From Syntrophomonadaceae bacterium (GTDB lineage: Bacteria; Bacillota; Dethiobacteria; DTU022; UBA8154), in NCBI GenBank assembly GCA_003563895.1, contig PWTK01000029.1, positions 2,378 to 66,377 on the forward strand: a DNA stretch of 64,000 nucleotides, in the 5' to 3' direction. Under the pieces are notes generated by a model. It was not told the origin of the DNA. It ran no database searches and saw only the letters and a program-made list of their open reading frames with translations. Of this stretch, positions 17,315 to 26,854 are shown piece after piece. The position numbers were made by a program, and so were the translations under genes. Numbering within the stretch: position 1 is the first letter of the stretch; each line of letters starts with the position of its first letter.

Positions 17315-18655
17315 CTACTTTTTCCTGCGCGCCGCTATTTCCCCCTTGGCAAGCTTAATCCACTGAACCAGGGGCCGGTTCGCCGGGCAGATGTATGTGC
17401 AGCAACCGCATTCGAAACAATCCATGGCTCCGTATTTTTCAGCCATATCTATATTCTCTATTTCCCCAGCAGAGCCGATGGTATTGGGAAGCAGGTTCAT
17501 CGGGCAGTTATCCACACATTTTCCGCACTTAATACAGGGGTCGATGGGAAACTCCTCTACAAACTCTTCTGTCAAAATCAGGATCCCTGAGGTCCCTTTG
17601 ATGCAGGGCACCTCGGTCGTCGGCTGAGCGAGACCCATTAACGGCCCGCCAAGGACCACCTTGCGGGCATCATCGGTCATTCCGCCGCACTGCTCGATTA
17701 CATCCTCCACCAGGGTGCCGTTGCGGACCATCAGGTTGGCGGGTTCTTTGATCCCGGGACCGGTTACCGTAACCACCCTCTCATAAAGCGGCTTGCCCAG
17801 CTTGATGGCCTCGGTCATGGCAACAGCGGTCCCAACGTTCTGGTTGACCACGTTCACCGCCATGGGCAGGGCTCCAGGAGGGACTTCCCGACCGGTGGTG
17901 GCTTTGATCAGCATTTTTTCTGCACCCTGCGGGTACTTGGTATGAAGCGATTGAACTTCCAGGTTGTACCCTCCACCGACTTCGGCCACGGCCTTTTGCA
18001 CGCTCTCGATGGCATCGGGCTTGTTGTCCTCAATGCCGATGATCCCCCTTTCCGCCCCCAGGGCCTTCATGAAGGCCATGGTCCCGTAAACCATGTCCTC
18101 CGCCCTTTCCAGCATGATGCGATGGTCGGCCGTGAGAAAAGGTTCACATTCAGCTCCATTAATAATGAGGGTGTCAATTTTGAATTCGGGTGGCGGAGCG
18201 AGTTTGACGTGGGTCGGGAACGTTGCGCCGCCAAGCCCTACCAGCCCGGCTTCTTTGGCGATCTCCTTTATTTCATCGGGCGTCAACTCCTCCAGGGCCT
18301 TGTTCGGCTTGATGCTTTCATCCGGAGTATCCTGGCCGTCGCTTTCAATAATCACGGACTCCACAGGATTGCCCAACGGGTGATAAAAAGGAGCAATTTT
18401 TGTGACCTTTCCCGAAACGCTGGAATGTATGGGAGCGGAAACAAATCCCTTTGGCTCGCCAATCTTCTGCCCAACCTTTACCTCGTCCCCTTCCTGGACA
18501 ACCGCTTCACAGGGTGCTCCAATGTGCTGCTGCAAAGGGATCACGACCCGTGAAGGGGGACGGGCAGGAGTAATGGCCATCCCTGCTGTGGCTTCCTTGA
18601 AGTAGCTGGGATGTATGCCGCCAACAAAAGTCCTTTCACTCATGCACTCATTCAC
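17315..18655 (-). CDS. rnfC: Rnf complex subunit C
   Basis: 446-aa ORF with two ferredoxin motifs (CIKCGKCVDNCP, CFECGCCTYICP) and a GLGGATFP nucleotide-binding region. Start is 18655 or 18643. Confidence 0.9.
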   Translation of the reverse strand: MNECMSERTFVGGIHPSYFKEATAGMAITPARPPSRVVIPLQQHIGAPCEAVVQEGDEVKVGQKIGEPKGFVSAPIHSSVSGKVTKIAPFYHPLGNPVESVIIESDGQDTPDESIKPNKALEELTPDEIKEIAKEAGLVGLGGATFPTHVKLAPPPEFKIDTLIINGAECEPFLTADHRIMLERAEDMVYGTMAFMKALGAERGIIGIEDNKPDAIESVQKAVAEVGGGYNLEVQSLHTKYPQGAEKMLIKATTGREVPPGALPMAVNVVNQNVGTAVAMTEAIKLGKPLYERVVTVTGPGIKEPANLMVRNGTLVEDVIEQCGGMTDDARKVVLGGPLMGLAQPTTEVPCIKGTSGILILTEEFVEEFPIDPCIKCGKCVDNCPMNLLPNTIGSAGEIENIDMAEKYGAMDCFECGCCTYICPANRPLVQWIKLAKGEIAARRKK

Positions 18656-18906
18656 CCCTTTATCATTTTTTAAGGCGCGGCAGATTCAATAACATGATCT
18701 TATTCGTTACAAAGTTTTTTTTTCCTTCTCATTTCGCCTCCTTTTTTCAAGATCTTTTTTGTAATATTATATTAATCCTAATAATTAGAACCAGCGTTCC
18801 GTTCAGGCGTTGAAGGAAAACCGTTTCAGCACGACACTCGGGAGAGATCTCAAACCTCAAGACGTTGTGGCCGCAGGAGGGACATAAATATAATTTTTAT
18901 AACAAT

Positions 18907-19046
18907 CCCAACCTGGACATGGCCGGAATCATAAAAGTTGAATTTCAAAATGCGCCCTTCTAAACGTGACAAACTCAGTGTTTACGCGATCGCTAAAAAA
19001 GTTTTCCAAATTTACAAAGAACTTTGAGAACTTCAGAATTAAGGGG
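18907..19046 (+). repeat. Repeat family A, copy A1 (uninterrupted)
   Basis: cccaacctggacatggcc...ttgaatttcaaaatgc...gctaaaaaagttttccaaatttacaaaga. Matches 24961-25265 (minus its insertion) and 37450-37580. Confidence 0.75.
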
Positions 19047-19185
19047 TTGGCGCGAAAGATCAAATGAATTTTGAACCATCGCCAGACATGGGGATGATTC
19101 CATTGTCTTCCCCTCGGACCTCCGCTTGCCACGGTGACGCTTAAACCGTCCACAAGACAGTCCCCACGGGAACATTACGTGCAAA
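19041..19185 (-). repeat. Repeat family D, copy D2 (inverted orientation)
   Basis: gcgaaagatcaaatgaattttgaaccatcgccagacatgggg matches the reverse complement of 32835-32905. cctccgcttgccacggtgacgcttaaaccgtcc matches the reverse complement of 41254-41287. Confidence 0.7.
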
Positions 19186-19362
19186 TTATCGCTGCAGGCA
19201 TGATTTCTATGATTTTTCCCAGCGCGGGAATTAAAGAGGTGGGGCCTTCTTTTTAAAACAGCGCGCTCAATTATTTTCGCCGATTGGCAGGAAAACGGGC
19301 GTTTTTATGGAAAGATATAATTTTGTAATGTAATTGATAGCTCCAAGGGGCGTGTTAACGAA

Positions 19363-20658
19363 ATGTGGAATCCGAAGTACGAATCCATGGATCGAGAAGA
19401 ACTGGAAAGGCTGCAGTTTTTGAGATTGAAAGAAACGCTGGAAAGAATATACCAACGGCTGCCATACTATAAAGAAACCTTTCATAAAAAGGGAATAGAG
19501 CCGGGAGACATAAAAAGCCTGGAAGACATCTCCCTCCTTCCCTTTTTTACCAAGGAAGACCTGCGCAAGAATTACCCCTACGGCCTTTTTGCGGCCCCCA
19601 TGAGCGAAGTGGTACGCGTGCACTCTTCTTCGGGCACGACAGGCATACCGACTGTTGTCGGTTACACGGCCAGGGATATCGAAACCTGGTCGGAACTGAT
19701 GGCCCGGACCCTGGTTAACGGTGGGGCCAGCCGGGATTCTGTGATTCAAATTGCCTACGGGTACGGCCTCTTTACAGGAGGCTTGGGGGCTCATTACGGG
19801 GCGGAAAAAATTGGCGCCACCGTGGTTCCCATTTCGGGAGGACAGACCATAAGACAGGTGCGCATCATGAAAGATTTCGGCACCACCATGCTGGCCTGCA
19901 CACCCTCTTATGCGCTCTACATTGCCGAAACGATCGAAGAGATGGAGATCAACCCCGCTGAGTTGAAACTTAAATCGGGAGTTTTCGGTGCAGAACCCTG
20001 GTCGGAGGGTATGCGCCAGGTCATCGAATCCAGGCTGCAGATCGACGCTTTTGACATCTACGGCCTCAGCGAGGTCATCGGGCCGGGGGTTTCCAGCGAA
20101 TGCGCCCAGAAAAACGGACTGCATATCTGTGAAGACCATTTCATCGCCGAAATAATCGATCCCGCCACAGGCGATGTCCTTTCCAACGGAACGGCAGGAG
20201 AGCTGGTACTGACCAGCATCACCAAGGAAGCGCTGCCTGTCATCCGCTACCGGACCGGGGATATTACCAGGCTGGACCGCGAACCCTGTCCCTGCGGCCG
20301 CACCCACGCGCGGATGGAAAAAGTCAGCGGCCGCAGCGATGATATGCTGATCATCCGCGGCGTAAATGTTTTTCCCTCCCAGATCGAGACCATCCTCCTG
20401 GAAATTGGAAACACAGAGCCCCATTACCAGATCGTCGTGGATCGGCAGGGCTCGCTGGACATTATGGAAGTATGGGTCGAGGTATCTGAGCAGATGTTTT
20501 CCGACCATATCAGGGGCCTGGAGAGCCTGGAAAACGCCATTTACAGCGAAATCGAAAATGTGCTGGGCATTTCGGCCAGGGTCCGGCTGGTGGAACCCAA
20601 AACCATCACGCGCAGTGAAGGCAAAGCCCGACGGGTTATCGATAAAAGGACGATCTAG
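19363..20658 (+). CDS. paaK: Phenylacetate-CoA ligase family (aryl-acetate/indoleacetate-CoA ligase)
   Basis: 431-aa ORF with the AMP-binding motif [10 protein letters not shown]-terminus ([18 protein letters not shown]) is PaaK-like. Confidence 0.9.
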   Translation: MWNPKYESMDREELERLQFLRLKETLERIYQRLPYYKETFHKKGIEPGDIKSLEDISLLPFFTKEDLRKNYPYGLFAAPMSEVVRVHSSSGTTGIPTVVGYTARDIETWSELMARTLVNGGASRDSVIQIAYGYGLFTGGLGAHYGAEKIGATVVPISGGQTIRQVRIMKDFGTTMLACTPSYALYIAETIEEMEINPAELKLKSGVFGAEPWSEGMRQVIESRLQIDAFDIYGLSEVIGPGVSSECAQKNGLHICEDHFIAEIIDPATGDVLSNGTAGELVLTSITKEALPVIRYRTGDITRLDREPCPCGRTHARMEKVSGRSDDMLIIRGVNVFPSQIETILLEIGNTEPHYQIVVDRQGSLDIMEVWVEVSEQMFSDHIRGLESLENAIYSEIENVLGISARVRLVEPKTITRSEGKARRVIDKRTI

Positions 20659-20855
20659 CGCTCTGCCGGCATACTGTATCTCGCAATTGGCAAATTACAC
20701 CAAACACGCGGCAACAACTGCTTTGGGCTTATTATAAAATTATTCACTTCAAGCAAAACAAAACAAATTTGCTTGACACGGCACTGGCCTTGCACAGGAA
20801 TTGGGCAAGGAAGGCTTGCCATAACAAAAGAAAAAGGAAAGGAGCGAAGAACGGC

Positions 20856-21284
20856 ATGGTCAAGCAGATTTCCATTTTCCTGGAAAACAAGTGCGGACGG
20901 CTGGTCGATGTGACCCGGACCCTCGGACGCTACAACATCAACATCAGGGCTTTAACCATCGCTGACACTTCAGATTTCGGCATCCTGCGGCTCATCGTGG
21001 ATCAGCCGGACAAGGCGGTAGAAGTTCTTAAAAGCGAGGGCTTCATGGCCAGCGAAACGGAAGTGATCGCCATCGAAGTCCCCGACCAGCCGGGCGGCCT
21101 GGCCAGGGTGCTGGAATACCTGGAAGAAGCGGGGATCAATATCGAGTACCTCTATTCTTTCGTGGAAAAACCGGAAGAAGATGCGCTCATTCTCATGCGT
21201 GTTGAAAATATCGCCAGGGCGGTCGAGGTTTTTCGGGTTAATAATGTTAAGGTCCTCGAAGGGGAACGCCTTTATTTGCTCTGA
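20856..21284 (+). CDS. ACT-domain protein
   Basis: ORF 20769-21284, with start revised to ATG 20856 (GGAAAGGAG upstream). Tandem ACT-like segments (MVKQISIFLENKCGRL.., VIAIEVPDQPGGLARV..); typical partner of paaK/ior clusters. Confidence 0.8.
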   Translation: MVKQISIFLENKCGRLVDVTRTLGRYNINIRALTIADTSDFGILRLIVDQPDKAVEVLKSEGFMASETEVIAIEVPDQPGGLARVLEYLEEAGINIEYLYSFVEKPEEDALILMRVENIARAVEVFRVNNVKVLEGERLYLL

Positions 21285-21561
21285 GCAAAAACATTAACAG
21301 CCCGCGACAAGGTTCCCGCCAAAACCAGGGATTCTTCATTGGGAGAGCAACCTCTTTCAGATCGAGATAGAGCCGTCGCCAGGTCCTCCGATGGCAGAGC
21401 CGTAATACGGAAGGACGGCAGCGCCGATATGTACGTAATGAAAGGTTTTTCATTAAGCGGGGCGATCCCGGCAATGGCATATTATTCTTCATATCCAGGG
21501 TTTGGGGGGCATAGGTCTTTTTCGCGTCATGCGCCGGAAAACAAACCGGAGGTTGAGGTTC

Positions 21562-21585
21562 CCCAACCTGGACATGGCCAGAACC
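21562..21585 (+). repeat. Solo 5' fragment of repeat family A (copy A2) just upstream of the paaK2 RBS
   Basis: The 18-mer cccaacctggacatggcc is identical to 18907-18924. Confidence 0.7.
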
Positions 21586-21612
21586 GCAGCCGGTTTCATG
21601 GAAGGAGTGAAT

Positions 21613-22923
21613 ATGGGGATGTGGAAAGGTCTTGATTGTATCTCCAGGGACAATTTGGGGCAAATCCAGGGAATAAGGCTCCGGGAAACCGTTAAATATG
21701 CCTATGAAAACGTGCCCTTTTACCGCCATAAGATGGGGGAAGCGGGCATTGTTCCCGAAGATATAGCAACCCTGGAAGATATCATAAAACTTCCTTTTAC
21801 CACCAAGGAAGACATGCGCAGCAATTATCCTTACGGAATGTTTGCTGCGTCGATGGAGGAGATCATAAGGCTGCACGCTTCTACAGGGACGACGGGGCGG
21901 CCCGTCGTGATGGGTTACACCAGGCGCGACCTGGAAAACTGGAGCGAGCAGGTGGCGCGCATTTGCATGATGGCCGGAGTTAAGACCAGCGACATTGTGC
22001 AAATTTCTTTTGGTTACGGGCTTTTTACCGGCGGCTTCGGCCTGCATTACGGCCTGGAAAAACTGGGCGCCACAGTGGTGCCTTTTTCCAGCGGCAATAC
22101 GGAACGCCAGCTCACGTTAATGCGGGATTTTCAAACCAACGTCCTGGTGAGCACCCCCTCTTTTGCCCTGTATATGGCCGAGGTGGCAGAAACGCTGGGG
22201 CTCGAACCGGCCGGTTACGGCCTGCGCCTCGGGCTTTTTGGCGGAGAGCCGTGCTCGGATCTCATGCGCCAGGAGATCGAAAAAAAATGGGGCATGAAAG
22301 CCACCCTTAATTACGGGTTAACGGAAATTGTCGGGCCGGGCGTTTCGGGAGAGTGCGAGTGCCGCTCGGGGATGCATATCTGTGAAGACCACTTTTTCCC
22401 GGAAATCATAGACCCGGAAAGCGGCCAGAAACTTCCACCGGGTGAAGAAGGGGAGATCGTCTTCACTTCATTGACCAAGGAGGGGGTGCCCGTCCTGCGG
22501 TACCGCACAAGGGACATTACTGCCCTTTTGCCGGAGGAATGTCCCTGCGGAAGGACCACACAGCGCATGGACTACATCACGGGACGCACTGACGATATGC
22601 TCATCGTGAGAGGGGTGAATGTTTTCCCCTCGCAGGTGGAAGAGATTTTGGGCCAGGTAAAAGAAGTGTCTCCGCATTACCGCCTGGTAGTGCACCGGGA
22701 AAAAGACTACATTAAAGACATGGAAGTCCACGTCGAACTGACGCCGGAAGGATTTACGGACAGCTTTCCTGAAATACAAAAAATTGAAGATAAAATAACT
22801 TCCCGTTTAAAAACCGTGCTCTCCCTCAACTTGAAAGTCCGTTTGATGGAGCCCAAATCCCTGGAGCGCAGCACGGGCAAAGCACAGCGGATCGTGGAAA
22901 ATGAGGAGGCTGTTGCTGAGTAG
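21613..22923 (+). CDS. paaK: Phenylacetate-CoA ligase family, second paralogue
   Basis: ORF 21502-22923, with start revised to ATG 21613 (GGAG 5 nt upstream). Motif STGTTGRPV; collinear with the first paaK. Confidence 0.9.
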   Translation: MGMWKGLDCISRDNLGQIQGIRLRETVKYAYENVPFYRHKMGEAGIVPEDIATLEDIIKLPFTTKEDMRSNYPYGMFAASMEEIIRLHASTGTTGRPVVMGYTRRDLENWSEQVARICMMAGVKTSDIVQISFGYGLFTGGFGLHYGLEKLGATVVPFSSGNTERQLTLMRDFQTNVLVSTPSFALYMAEVAETLGLEPAGYGLRLGLFGGEPCSDLMRQEIEKKWGMKATLNYGLTEIVGPGVSGECECRSGMHICEDHFFPEIIDPESGQKLPPGEEGEIVFTSLTKEGVPVLRYRTRDITALLPEECPCGRTTQRMDYITGRTDDMLIVRGVNVFPSQVEEILGQVKEVSPHYRLVVHREKDYIKDMEVHVELTPEGFTDSFPEIQKIEDKITSRLKTVLSLNLKVRLMEPKSLERSTGKAQRIVENEEAVAE

Positions 22924-22976
22924 ATTCCCGTACTCTTACACGGCGGGAACGCCATCGGAAGGATGTGACATGCGAA

Positions 22977-24758
22977 ATGAAAGCAATACTTTCAGGGAAC
23001 GAAGCGATCGCCAGGGGAGCATACGAATACGGCGTAAAGGTGGCAACCGCTTATCCGGGCACGCCCAGTACAGAAATACTGGAAAACCTTTCCGGGTACC
23101 GTGGAATAAAAAGCAGCTGGTCCCCCAATGAAAAAGTGGCCCTTGAGGTAGGATTTGGGGCCTCTCTTGGCGGCAGCAGGGTGCTGGTGGCGATGAAACA
23201 TGTCGGTGTCAACGTGGCCGCCGACCCGTTTATGACCCTTCCCTATACAGGTGTTGGCGGCGGGCTGGTGCTGGTTTCTGCGGATGACCCCGGCATGCAC
23301 AGCTCCCAAAATGAACAGGACAACCGCTTTTTTGCCCGCATGGCCAAAATTCCACTGCTTGAACCTTCGGACAGCCAGGAATGCAAAGACTGCGTGGGAG
23401 CTGCGCTGGAAATCAGCGAGCAGTTTGACACACCCGTCATGCTGCGCACCACCACCCGCGTCTCCCATTCGCGGGGAGTGGTCCAGGAAGGGGAGGTCAA
23501 TTCCCCGCCGGCAAAAGACTACCATAAACAAAAAGAAAAATACGTCATGCTGCCGGGATTTGCCAGATTGCGACACCCTCTCGTGGAAAAACGCCTGAAG
23601 AAACTCCGGACGTTTGCAGAAACAACTTCCCTCAACCGCGTGGAATGGTCGGAAAAAAAGATAGGGGTCATCGCTGCGGGAGCAGCATACCAGTACGTGA
23701 AGGAGGCACTCCCCGACGCCTCCGTCCTTAAGCTGGGCTTTTCTTTTCCCCTCCCTGAAAAAATGATTCGGCAGTTTTCCTCCGAGGTTGAAACCCTTTT
23801 TGTGGTGGAAGAACTGGAACCTTTTTTCGAAGAACAACTGAAAGCAATGGGCTTGGCGGTCAAGGGCAAAGAATTGTTTTCTCCGCTGGGCGAGCTTTCA
23901 CCGGAAATCGTTGCGTCAAACATTAAAGGTATTTCCCGGGAAATAATCATCCCTGGCAAGGAAGTGGGAGAGCTTCCCGCCAGGCCGCCCATCCCCTGCC
24001 CGGGGTGTTCCCACCGCGGAGCATTTTACGTGCTCAGGCGTATGAAACTCAGGGTCACGGGCGACATTGGCTGCTATACACTGGGCGCCCTGCCGCCGCT
24101 GGAAGCCATGGATACCTGCCTCTGTATGGGGGCCAGCATCGGAACTGCTTTTGGCATGGAAAGGGCCGACCCGGAGGCGAGTCAAAAAACGGTGGCGGTG
24201 ATTGGGGATTCAACCTTTTTCCACTCCGGGATCACCCCCCTGCTTGACATTGTTTACAACGGAGGGGAAACCACGGTGCTCATCCTGGACAACAGCACCA
24301 CGGCCATGACGGGCCACCAGGATCACCCCGGAACCGGAAGAACCCTGCAGGGCGAACGGGCCGTCAGGGTAGAATTGGAATCACTTGTCAGGGGGTTGGG
24401 GGTAAAAAGGGTATTCACCGCAGACCCCCTGGACATGGAAGGCCTGCGGGAGCGTCTGGAAGAAGAGCTGCAGGCCCCGGAACCTTCCGTCATAATAGCG
24501 CGACAGCCCTGCGTGCTTCTTTTGAAAGAGAAGCGAGCTCCGCTGAGGGTGAAAGACGCCCTCTGCAGCGGCTGCAAACTCTGCCTGCGGTTGGGCTGCC
24601 CTGCTATGAGCCTGTACATGCCGGAAGTAAAAGAAGGATGGGAAGAAGAAAAAAAAGAAAAGGTGGCCATTGAAGCCGCCATGTGCGCAGGCTGCAAGCT
24701 CTGTGCTCAACTCTGCCCGCAGGAAGCCATTGTTGAAAAAACCGGGCCCGCGGGTTAA
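22977..24758 (+). CDS. iorA: Indolepyruvate:ferredoxin oxidoreductase alpha subunit
   Basis: ORF 22965-24758 beginning MKAILSGNEAIARGAYEYGV. It has a TPP-binding region and two C-terminal 4Fe-4S motifs (CSGCKLCLRLGCP, CAGCKLCAQLCP). Confidence 0.9.
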   Translation: MKAILSGNEAIARGAYEYGVKVATAYPGTPSTEILENLSGYRGIKSSWSPNEKVALEVGFGASLGGSRVLVAMKHVGVNVAADPFMTLPYTGVGGGLVLVSADDPGMHSSQNEQDNRFFARMAKIPLLEPSDSQECKDCVGAALEISEQFDTPVMLRTTTRVSHSRGVVQEGEVNSPPAKDYHKQKEKYVMLPGFARLRHPLVEKRLKKLRTFAETTSLNRVEWSEKKIGVIAAGAAYQYVKEALPDASVLKLGFSFPLPEKMIRQFSSEVETLFVVEELEPFFEEQLKAMGLAVKGKELFSPLGELSPEIVASNIKGISREIIIPGKEVGELPARPPIPCPGCSHRGAFYVLRRMKLRVTGDIGCYTLGALPPLEAMDTCLCMGASIGTAFGMERADPEASQKTVAVIGDSTFFHSGITPLLDIVYNGGETTVLILDNSTTAMTGHQDHPGTGRTLQGERAVRVELESLVRGLGVKRVFTADPLDMEGLRERLEEELQAPEPSVIIARQPCVLLLKEKRAPLRVKDALCSGCKLCLRLGCPAMSLYMPEVKEGWEEEKKEKVAIEAAMCAGCKLCAQLCPQEAIVEKTGPAG

Positions 24759-24960
24759 ATAGGCCGGACAAAGGGTATTTTGCAGAACCAGAAAAAACAT
24801 GAACCGCGTACAAAAGCCGGCTCTTTACATCCAGGTAATGCGTTTCTCCCGGGAAGGGAGGATTGGCGCATTGGTCCCGTCATGTTAATGTTTGCGCACA
24901 CCGTGGACCCCCTCAGCAGGAAAGCAAACCGGGCAGCTACTTGGGGACAGGGTGAATACA

Positions 24961-25265
24961 CCCAACCTGGACAAGTCGGAACCAAAAAAATTGAATTTCA
25001 AAACCAGGCTATCCCAGTTTGCTCAGGATGACAATGAAAGAAATCCTGCAAAAAAAGAGGTTTTAAAAGGTCACACTTACAAAAAGGCCTTGATCTGCTA
25101 AAAGGCTGTATTTGGGGGCCACTCAACAAGAATTCCCTGAGTTAAGTTACCAGTCATGTTTCAAAATGCCCCCCACTAAACGTAGAAAAAATCAGCCCCA
25201 ACAAGATCGCTTGAAAAAGTTTTGCCAAATTTACAGAGAAAGTAAGTACTTAGGGCCTAACAACC
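24961..25265 (+). repeat. Repeat family A, copy A3, interrupted by a MITE
   Basis: Same ends and core as A1 and A4. It carries a 155-bp insertion at the tttcaaaa site. Confidence 0.75.
25004..25158. mobile_element. MITE B1 (IS1595-like termini) nested inside repeat A3
   Basis: Flanked by the 8-bp direct repeat tttcaaaa (24996-25003 and 25159-25166). About 85-90% identical by eye to 26679-26834. Copy A1 preserves the empty site. Confidence 0.8.
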
Positions 25266-25288
25266 TTGTGAAGGATGGTGCGGTAGGG

Positions 25289-25894
25289 ATGAGCACACCA
25301 GGGGGGAAAATTGATGTCTTCATTGCGGGCGTGGGCGGGCAGGGCACCATCCTGGCAGGGAGAATTATTTCCCATGTCGGGCTGGAAAAAGGCCTGGACG
25401 TCAAGCTCAGTGAAACACACGGCATGGCCCAGCGCGGGGGGAGCGTTGTGACCCACGTTCGCCTGGGGGAAAAGGTGTATTCTCCCCTTATTCCTCGGGG
25501 GAAAGCCGATTACCTGCTGGCCTTTGAACAGCTGGAAGCGCTGCGGTGGATCGATTTTTTATCCGAAACAGGCACGGTGATCACCAACACGCAGAGGCTT
25601 AATCCACTGCCCGTGCTGACCGGAATGAGCGGGTATCCCGAAAACGTTCTGGAAAAGATCAGGTCTCAGGCAAGGTTTACCCTGGCCATCGACGTACTCA
25701 AAGAAACGGTTGCCGCCCAAAACACCCGGGTTACAAACCTGGTTTTAATCGGTGCGCTGGCTTCATTTGTTAACTTTGAGCCTTTCGAGTGGGAGTGCGT
25801 AATCGCCGAGCTGGTTCCGCCTGCATTGCTGGAAATAAACCTTCAAGCCTTTCGGGAGGGATACCGCATTGGCGCAGCCTGCAAGGCCTTCTGA
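25289..25894 (+). CDS. iorB: Indolepyruvate:ferredoxin oxidoreductase beta subunit
   Basis: ORF 25112-25894, with start revised to ATG 25289 (201 aa). Motifs IAGVGGQGTILAG and HGMAQRGGSV. Confidence 0.85.
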   Translation: MSTPGGKIDVFIAGVGGQGTILAGRIISHVGLEKGLDVKLSETHGMAQRGGSVVTHVRLGEKVYSPLIPRGKADYLLAFEQLEALRWIDFLSETGTVITNTQRLNPLPVLTGMSGYPENVLEKIRSQARFTLAIDVLKETVAAQNTRVTNLVLIGALASFVNFEPFEWECVIAELVPPALLEINLQAFREGYRIGAACKAF

Positions 25895-26037
25895 AATCCT
25901 GGCTTCGCTCTTGAAGCCGGAAAATATAAAATTTCCGGAAAATCAAAAAATCATGTTTCAAATCCTGTTCAAATTTGATAATATAATATGTGCTGGTAAT
26001 TATTTTCCCCAGTATCTTTTTGGCCGGGAGGTATTGT

Positions 26038-26610
26038 ATGGTTTTAAATGATATTAGAAAGCAACCGTTTCTCCGACTGGCGGTTCTTTTTATCCTGGTG
26101 GCCGCTCTTTTTTTCTTTCCGGGATGTGGAGAGGAAACAGGAGAAATAACGGAGATAGAAGCTGAAGAACAGAAAGAATTTATCGCCTGGGCCAGGCCTT
26201 TATGGCAGCATATTGATAAATCGGACCAGGCATGGCTGCATATGTCGCGCACCATGGTTTTCTACACGGATGAAGAAGAAAAAGCATCCAGGGATGAGCT
26301 GGAAAGCATCGCGGCAGATAGCATTAAGCTGCACGAAGAGTTGATCGACTACTTCAGCGACACGGCTGGCAGCGGCGACGAAAAAAAACTGCTTCAAGAT
26401 CTCAGCAGGGAACTCTGCCAGGCTCGACTGGAAGCCAGCGAGTATATTGTAGAGTGCCTGCAAAAAGACGAAATGCCTGATGCAAGAAGCGAATACTTTG
26501 CAGCGGTACAAAAAAAGGCCCGCGCCCTGGGTGCCGAATTCGAATCCATCATGAAGGGATATGACGTTGTTTGGGCGCACTTGAGGTATTTCGAAGATAA
26601 GCCCCAGTAA
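26038..26610 (+). CDS. Hypothetical lipoprotein
   Basis: ORF 25990-26610, with start revised to ATG 26038 (GGGAGG upstream). Signal peptide with lipobox FFPGC. No family recognised. Confidence 0.6.
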   Translation: MVLNDIRKQPFLRLAVLFILVAALFFFPGCGEETGEITEIEAEEQKEFIAWARPLWQHIDKSDQAWLHMSRTMVFYTDEEEKASRDELESIAADSIKLHEELIDYFSDTAGSGDEKKLLQDLSRELCQARLEASEYIVECLQKDEMPDARSEYFAAVQKKARALGAEFESIMKGYDVVWAHLRYFEDKPQ

Positions 26611-26644
26611 TCTTAACATATGTACTGTGATTCTCTTAAAAAGG

Positions 26645-26675
26645 AAGCTGCCCCTTTACGGGCAGCTCTTTTTTA
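26645..26675 (+). terminator. Rho-independent terminator of the lipoprotein gene
   Basis: agctgccc-ctttac-gggcagct followed by a T-tract. MITE B2 is inserted right at the T-tract. Confidence 0.75.
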
Positions 26676-26678
26676 ATT

Positions 26679-26834
26679 CAGACTATCATCGGGCTTGCTC
26701 AGGATGACAATGAACGAAGCCCCGCAAAAAAGAGGTTTTAAAAGGTCACACTTACAAAAAGGCCTTGATCTGCTAAAAAGCTGTATTTTGGGGGCCATTC
26801 AACAAGAATTCCCTGAGTTAAGTTGATAATCATG
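26679..26834. mobile_element. MITE B2 (IS1595-like termini)
   Basis: Flanked by the direct repeat ttttttaatt (26669-26678 and 26835-26844). Imperfect TIRs cagactatca...ctcagg / cctgag...tgataatcatg. Confidence 0.8.
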
Positions 26835-26854
26835 TTTTTTAATTTTATTTTAAA

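Noticed and set aside
19267-20508. 413-aa minus-strand ORF antisense to paaK. Similar long antisense ORFs occur at 13306-14316, 21247-22047, 22992-23837, 2397-3089, 43729-44283 and 45379-46155.
   Set aside because: Each lies entirely opposite a gene with strong family motifs and has no RBS. Composition is Gly/Arg/His/Pro-rich, as expected of shadow frames in GC-rich coding DNA.
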